A stretch of 64,000 nucleotides of DNA, taken from a virus. Taxonomy: Duplodnaviria > Heunggongvirae > Uroviricota > Caudoviricetes. Under the pieces are notes generated by a model. It was not told the DNA's origin, did not search any database, and worked only from the letters and a program-made list of their open reading frames with translations. Numbering within the stretch: the stretch's first letter is position 1; each line of letters starts with the position of its first letter. The stretch covers positions 25,144 to 89,143 of the IMG/VR virus record IMGVR_UViG_3300024345_000775; one strand, written 5' to 3'. This document shows, one piece after another, positions 58,771 to 64,000 of this stretch. The translations under genes were made by a program, and so were the position numbers.

Positions 58771-59631
58771 TTACTTACCAAGTCCCTGAATCTCTTTGTA
58801 GATACCTGCAAGAGCCTCAGGAACAACTATCTTAAGGTCTGCTATGTGCTGACCCTCAGATGTCTTCCAAGCAGTATATTCAGCATAAGCCTTATCAAAA
58901 GCTTTAGAATACTCAGAATATGCCTTAGCAAACTCATTGTCTTTCTTAGCTTTGTCTGCTTCTACAGCAGAAGTAATCTCATGCTGATACTGGTTAAACT
59001 TAGCCTGATGTTCCCTTTGAGAACCCTGGAGTTCAAAGAACTTCTTATCCACTTCTTCAAGTGAATAAACAGGGTTATAGGTAATAACAGTAATATCCTG
59101 ACCAGTACCTTCTACCTCAATAGGATTAGCAATGACATCAGTAAGATGCTTTCTAGCACTACTATACTGACCAGCAGGATGTACAAATTCACCAATTACA
59201 GATGCATAAGTCTGAGCTTGGAGATAAGCATTAAGCTTATTGATGTCCCAAGACTTAATAACCTGTGCTTCAGTAAGATAAGCTTCCCTAACAGGTCTAG
59301 TAAGTTCTACCTTATTAGCCACACACCAAGCATCAAAATCCATGATGTTGTTAGAAGCATCAGTCTTCTCTTTAAGTGCTTCTCTTAACCAAGCAATAAG
59401 CTGGGTAGCAAGAGCAATCTTATCAAGAACAACACTAATACTAGTAAACTGCTCTCTTGGAGTAGCAACACCAGTCTCATAAGAGTTACCTCCTGCTTGT
59501 GTAGTCTTACCTACAAAGCAAAGATTGTTAAGATACATCTTCTGAGATTGGATAAACTCCTTAGCAAGATTAGCAGTGTGATTAGCACTGGTACTAGTCA
59601 AACCAGTTTGTCCAAAAAATTGTTCTCTCAT
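58771..59631 (-). CDS. hypothetical protein
   Basis: 286 aa, mixed alpha, Lys/Glu-rich C-terminus. Confidence 0.5.
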   Translation of the reverse strand: MREQFFGQTGLTSTSANHTANLAKEFIQSQKMYLNNLCFVGKTTQAGGNSYETGVATPREQFTSISVVLDKIALATQLIAWLREALKEKTDASNNIMDFDAWCVANKVELTRPVREAYLTEAQVIKSWDINKLNAYLQAQTYASVIGEFVHPAGQYSSARKHLTDVIANPIEVEGTGQDITVITYNPVYSLEEVDKKFFELQGSQREHQAKFNQYQHEITSAVEADKAKKDNEFAKAYSEYSKAFDKAYAEYTAWKTSEGQHIADLKIVVPEALAGIYKEIQGLGK

Positions 59632-59715
59632 TGTAGTTTATATACTTTTTAGTAATATAGATTCTGTGAGCACATATCTGTTTTGTTTGTGAGTCTAACC
59701 CCACTCTCACCAAAG

Positions 59716-59786
59716 GAGTATATGAAGGACTTGAACCTCCGACCGCTACATCTCTGTAGTGCTCTACCAACTGAGCTAATATACTC
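59716..59786 (-). ncRNA. tRNA-like RNA lacking an anticodon loop (anticodon arm replaced by 5-bp stem + GAGA tetraloop)
   Basis: Minus strand 5' G-AGTATAT-TA-GCTC-AGTTGGTA-GAGC-A-CTACA-GAGA-TGTAG-CGGTC-GGAGG-TTCAAGT-CCTTC-ATATACT-C 3'. Acceptor, D-arm and T-arm are textbook; region 27-43 is a 14-nt tetraloop hairpin instead of the 17-nt anticodon arm. Confidence 0.5.
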
Positions 59787-60535
59787 TGTTTTTATACATC
59801 CTATAATACCCTAAATCTTAAAGGATGTCGGTTTCCAGTCTGTTAGGGCAGCCAAAACCTAAACTAATCAACTGTTTTGTAAGTTCAATAATAGGATAAA
59901 AACAGCCTCGGATAGTCTAATCCAAAATCTCCTATCAAGTGTAAGTCCTTGCCTACTTATCACAAGCAAGCAAGTTCAATCAAAATGGCTACATTGAATG
60001 AAAAAAGAAAGGTGTGCCTAAACCAATAGACACACCCCTAACAAGCTCTAGTTAAACTAGAACTAGAATCATAGGTCCAAATATAGAACATGATACCAAA
60101 GCTACCAAAAGTAATATCATATCCCAATAAGAGAGGTGAATTACTTTAGCACCATTAGTACTGAAAATACTTGTACCAATAAGATGGAAAAATACCTTGT
60201 AATCTCCAATCTCTATAATAGTATTATAATGAGTACAACCCAAAACAATACATAAGAAGATTAAGAGAAGAAAGGCAATAATGCACAAGATTACACCAAG
60301 ACTAAACATGACTATTCACAATTTGAATATTCTTGAGTTCTAATAACCTTTCCATTACCCATAGAAGACCAATAAGTCTTCTTATAAGCAAATCTTCCAG
60401 GCCTGCCAGTCTTAACACAATGTTCAAGAACTGTACCTTTGGGCATAGTAGACATATACCCAATAGGATTAACAGGCATAGCAACTTTCTGGTTTATTCT
60501 GCCATGTCTACAAAGCAGAGTACTTCCAGTTGCCA

Positions 60536-60928
60536 TTAGTCAATCATCTCATAAGTGTAAGACTTACCTCCAAGGGAAGAGGAAATTTGTTCCAAATGGA
60601 ACTCAAGCCTCTGCTTCGGCTCTAACTTGTTCCACCAAACTCTCTTGGCTGCTTGTTGCTTGGTCTCAAATTTCTCCTTTGGTACAGGAGCAATATAAGC
60701 CCGATAATTCTCCTCAGAAATTCTGACCTTCTGAATACACTGAGTCTGAGGTCTCTCATTGTACTTCTCCTGAGAGTGATAATACCCTTTAGGAAGTGGT
60801 CCTTTACCAAGCCACATAGGTGACTTCTTCATTCGGTTCTTTTCTTTCTTAGAACCTGCATTGCTCACTGCTCCAGTGAGGCCTCCCTCCAAGTTAATGG
60901 TCAGAAGGACTTTAGTAATTTGTGACAT
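60536..60928 (-). CDS. hypothetical basic protein
   Basis: 130-aa ORF. Confidence 0.4.
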   Translation of the reverse strand: MSQITKVLLTINLEGGLTGAVSNAGSKKEKNRMKKSPMWLGKGPLPKGYYHSQEKYNERPQTQCIQKVRISEENYRAYIAPVPKEKFETKQQAAKRVWWNKLEPKQRLEFHLEQISSSLGGKSYTYEMID

Positions 60929-61230
60929 ATAAAAATGTGTACTCAGGCTGTTAAACCTAAGTTTGAAATATTCAAAAGAGAAAAATACTGGAAAAACCTA
61001 CAAAAGAAGAGAAAAACAACCAATTTGAAATTTTCAAAATTCTTAAACCCACCTAAACATATCTAAAAAGACTATAATTTTAATAGGAAATAATTTTTCT
61101 GATTCCAAACTGCCCCGAGTTGGACCCTGCCTGAGAGATGAAAAAGAGAAAGTTGAAAGGTTGTAATGTGTTATGTATCAGTCAGTTACACACTTTACCT
61201 CACATACAACTTTAACAAAGTCAAGCTTTA

Positions 61231-61923
61231 TTAACAATTTCCCATAATCAGAGGCTTTTGCATGTACAACTCCTTTTTCAATTCTTCAATAGTCTGTTGT
61301 TGTTGTTTAACAGCTTCTAAGAGCTTATCATAATCAGCTTTATCAACCTTAGTATTTTCCAAATTCTCAAGTCTAGAATCAGTTTCTATGAATTTAAGAG
61401 CTACAATATTAAAAGCTTCATCATAATTATAGATTCTTTCTTGTTTCTCTAAACCTGTTATATTATCTCTTTTTTCTAAAGGAACTATTGTTAAGATATT
61501 TTTCTTAATTAAGGATTGTTCTCTTTGCATAAGTGTAGGTACAGATAAATTTATTTTTTGTGCTAATACTTCTGTATTATAGCTTATCTTACCTGTGTGC
61601 AAATCTGGATTTTTAAACATAAATTGTTGTGTAGAAATCCAATATGCTTTCTCTTTAGCAGTGAGAGCATCATTATAAAGAAACTCTCTAGAAAATATCT
61701 CAAATTTCTTGTTTTGATTAAAAGTATAAATATTTGGTTTACCAAAAGTTTTTCTTATATGCAAATAATGAGCTTGTTCAAGTCTGTTAATTGCATTTAA
61801 GATTGTAGGTTTACTTAACTTACTTTTAGACATCAAATATTCAATACTTGGAAATGACTCTCCTGTTTCTGCATTCTTACAATCTGCAATAAGTGCATAT
61901 ACATAAGGGTCAATGTTGTTCAA
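61231..61923 (-). CDS. winged helix-turn-helix protein, replication-initiator/regulator-like
   Basis: N-terminal FPSIEYLMSKSKLSKPTILNAINRLEQAHYLHIRKTFGKPNIYTF has the classic wHTH (Rep/DnaD-like) pattern; iteron-like repeats lie immediately upstream. Confidence 0.5.
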   Translation of the reverse strand: MNNIDPYVYALIADCKNAETGESFPSIEYLMSKSKLSKPTILNAINRLEQAHYLHIRKTFGKPNIYTFNQNKKFEIFSREFLYNDALTAKEKAYWISTQQFMFKNPDLHTGKISYNTEVLAQKINLSVPTLMQREQSLIKKNILTIVPLEKRDNITGLEKQERIYNYDEAFNIVALKFIETDSRLENLENTKVDKADYDKLLEAVKQQQQTIEELKKELYMQKPLIMGNC

Positions 61924-62104
61924 ACCTTCTTCTTTAAGAGAAGGAATACTTGGAACCTAAACATGTTGCTTACTTTCTTCCATAATATTATAGTATTTAA
62001 AATATACTGCAAAGGTAATACATTTTTACAAAAGAAAAAAGCCAGAGTAAATAATGTTAAATTAAGCTCCTCATTATCAAATAAGCAGTCAGTTTTTAAA
62101 ATAA

Positions 62105-62230
62105 ACTTTACTAGTTTCTTTACCACCTAAAATTTCTTTACTGGTTACCTAAAAAAATAATACTGCTTACCTAAAAATTTTTTACTGGTTGTCTAAAATT
62201 TCTTTACTCTAACTATACTTACCTAAACTT
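62105..62230. repeat. iteron-like direct repeat array (TTACCTAAAA x4, TTTACTGGTT x2, AATTTCTTTACT x2)
   Basis: Seen directly: ACCTAAAA at 62124, 62147, 62168, 62220; TTTACTGGTT at 62137 and 62181; AATTTCTTTACT at 62131 and 62198. Confidence 0.5.
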
Positions 62231-62671
62231 ATAGAACTAAACTTAATAGAGAAAATAAAAAAAGAGATTCCAGCCAAGTGCCAACCAGCCCATTCCATTA
62301 CACTGAGATGAGACCTCAAAAACCAATCTTGGGTGCTCTATCTTCACAGACAGAAACACCCTTGCACCTTAAATAACCATCATGAACAAACCTAGAAAGT
62401 ACAGATTAAACCAATAACCTGTACCTATATGTCTAACCTTCCTCATCTTCTGTACATAAGATAGCACCAATAACAACTTTACCTTTTAACAAGATGTAGT
62501 AATACCTGTTGTCTTGTAGTGTGGGTAAAATATATGGCTGTACTCCTAGTATCTCAGAAGTCTTACCTAAGGTTGGACTAATACTTGATTTCTCCCCATA
62601 AGGAAGTTGAGGTAGGAGAGTAAAGGCACAACCACAATGGTGGAATGCCTTTACAGTCCTAAGTGTCCTCA

Positions 62672-63229
62672 TTAGTGCTTAATCAAGTTAGCACCTGTGG
62701 AAATGCCCTTCTTAACAGGCTCCTCAGCAGTGCGATAGTGTTTAGCACCATTCTCATCCTCATAGATGGTAGAACCATCCTGGAAGACAGTGTTGAATGC
62801 ATCAACCTCCTGGTCAATCTTCAACTTGAAGTTGAATGGGAAGTTGCGACCAACAGTCTTACCTTCCTCATTCTTAACCTCCTCAAATTGAGCACCAAAC
62901 AGTGCAGCAAAGCGAGGCTTGCGAGGAGCAGTGGTCAGAGCATTCTTCTCCATAATCAGAGAACCTGTCAGAGTGTTGTAAGCAACAACCTGAGTTCTGC
63001 TGACACCTGCTTTGTTGGTAATCTTGCAGACTACACCAATCACAGTACGAGTCTCACCATTGATTTCTACATCATTGGCAACCATTGCAGTGTCAAGAGA
63101 CTCAATAGTATCTCCCTCAGCAAAAGACTGAGGCATAAATGCCTGATTCAGGTTCTTGGAACCATCATCAATTTTGTAGCCCATAGCAGCCAACTTGGCC
63201 TCAGAGGCTTTCAGTTCATCTAATTTCAT
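62672..63229 (-). CDS. hypothetical protein with GC-rich, C/G-ending codon usage (likely highly expressed)
   Basis: 185 aa; local GC clearly above window average; the plus-strand ORF 62663-63223 is its Leu/Ser-rich antisense shadow. Confidence 0.55.
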   Translation of the reverse strand: MKLDELKASEAKLAAMGYKIDDGSKNLNQAFMPQSFAEGDTIESLDTAMVANDVEINGETRTVIGVVCKITNKAGVSRTQVVAYNTLTGSLIMEKNALTTAPRKPRFAALFGAQFEEVKNEEGKTVGRNFPFNFKLKIDQEVDAFNTVFQDGSTIYEDENGAKHYRTAEEPVKKGISTGANLIKH

Positions 63230-63342
63230 ATTAAAACTAGTTTAAAAAGGTAAATAATTAGAACAGCCCAATGCGGACACTGTTCAGTTAACTAAATAAA
63301 TAAGTGCCTATGCCCCCAATCAAGGAAGCATAGGCTCAGAGA

Positions 63343-63729
63343 TTATGGCAGAATCATCTCTGCCACACTCTCAAATATCTCTGCATTGTGTGTCTCTGCT
63401 GCTCTAAGCACCAAAGCATACTGCTCCTCTTGTAAGTGCACAATAGTGTGCAACTTCTTCAAAGAGCGTGCAGGATTTAACTCTCCCTTCAATGCCATAT
63501 CTATGGCCATAACCTTTAAGGTAGCAAGGTTAGAGTTGTAGTCAAAACGCTTTGTGGGATTAACCACAAAGATAAGTCTAGTAGAGTCAGTGCAAATAAT
63601 GCAGTCTCCACTGTGAATGCCAATGAGTCTCATAATGGTTTTATTTTGGATTGTAAAATTAAAAGAGGATTCAGTTTTGGGTTTTCCTCCGTTGAGGGGA
63701 GGGGGCCGATTACCATACACTTTGCACAT
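63343..63729 (-). CDS. hypothetical protein (start probably at internal MRLIGIHSGD)
   Basis: 128-aa ORF; GC-rich like its neighbour. Confidence 0.4.
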   Translation of the reverse strand: MCKVYGNRPPPLNGGKPKTESSFNFTIQNKTIMRLIGIHSGDCIICTDSTRLIFVVNPTKRFDYNSNLATLKVMAIDMALKGELNPARSLKKLHTIVHLQEEQYALVLRAAETHNAEIFESVAEMILP

Positions 63730-64000
63730 CTAATTCATATATACAATTTTAAATCTTGTATATTTTTGCTCACAATCTTGCACAAAAACACCTCTTTTTG
63801 CTCATTCTTTTACACCTTATTATATATACATGTGCACACACATGTTTGAGGGCTACTTATACTTCTTTTACTAAAAGATGAGATTAACAGTCTTATTTAT
63901 CAATGAGAAGCTTATTTTATTATTTATTATTTTGACTTTTTCTTTTACTCTTTTTATAGTACTTTTGTACCCAAATTTTATATTATATGGAATTTATAAC

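Noticed and set aside
61920-62126. 68-aa minus-strand ORF
   Set aside because: Overlaps the iteron-like repeat array; composition dominated by the repeats.
62105-62230. Possible CRISPR array
   Set aside because: Repeats are 8-12 bp, imperfect and irregularly spaced with no spacer-like unique units; no cas genes; pattern fits iterons/operators.
62663-63223. 186-aa plus-strand ORF
   Set aside because: Leu/Ser-rich antisense image of the well-formed minus-strand gene 62672-63229; strand choice also follows the genome-wide minus orientation.
63690-63715. GC-rich CCTCC...GGGAGGGGG segment as a rho-independent terminator
   Set aside because: No adjoining U-run on the transcribed (minus) strand and it lies inside or at the start of a coding frame; more likely part of the 5' UTR/RBS region or coding sequence.

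Overview
This window is AT-rich (about one third GC) and densely coding, and every supported gene lies on the minus strand. The content looks like a large virulent phage or phage-like element, not a cellular chromosome.

Replication module (1-9.2 kb): AAA_24/Sak4-like ATPase, DnaB-like helicase, SF2 DEAH helicase, ThyX, family B DNA polymerase and a ClpP-like protease.

Accessory region (from ~10 kb on), main systems:
- NAD+ / ADP-ribose toolkit. The main locus (36.1-42.0 kb) holds Macro, NadD, a radical SAM enzyme, Nudix, a PncB/NAMPT-like PRTase, a Prs-like enzyme, PncA and NadE. PncC/CinA (20.9-21.4 kb, next to a HicA-like toxin) and a NADAR protein (14.8-15.3 kb) lie elsewhere. This reads as a counter-measure to NAD-depleting host immunity.
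- RNA-repair theme. RtcB ligase and a YqeY/GatB-like protein sit just downstream of a 1.3 kb non-coding region with tRNAs and a tRNA-like minihelix. A 538-aa vWA protein with a long helical N-terminal region is possibly Ro60/TROVE-like.
- tRNAs. About 10 tRNAs are scattered through the window, plus several aberrant tRNA-like RNAs: one with no anticodon loop, one with no D-arm, and unpaired T-arm/acceptor fragments.
- Uncharacterised recurring module. Three paralogous radical SAM enzymes (core D-x-x-L-T-D-K-C-x3-C-x-F-C-Y) occur. Two are flanked by members of a five-member paralogous family with an N-terminal T-N-S-S-S motif; one of these copies is contiguous with RtcB/YqeY, the other with a HAD phosphatase.
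- Other items: a flotillin (SPFH)/NfeD pair, an iteron-like repeat array upstream of a winged-HTH Rep-like gene, and several long non-coding gaps (0.5-1.4 kb) unusual for so compact a genome.

All protein calls come from motifs read directly in the translations. No database search was possible.
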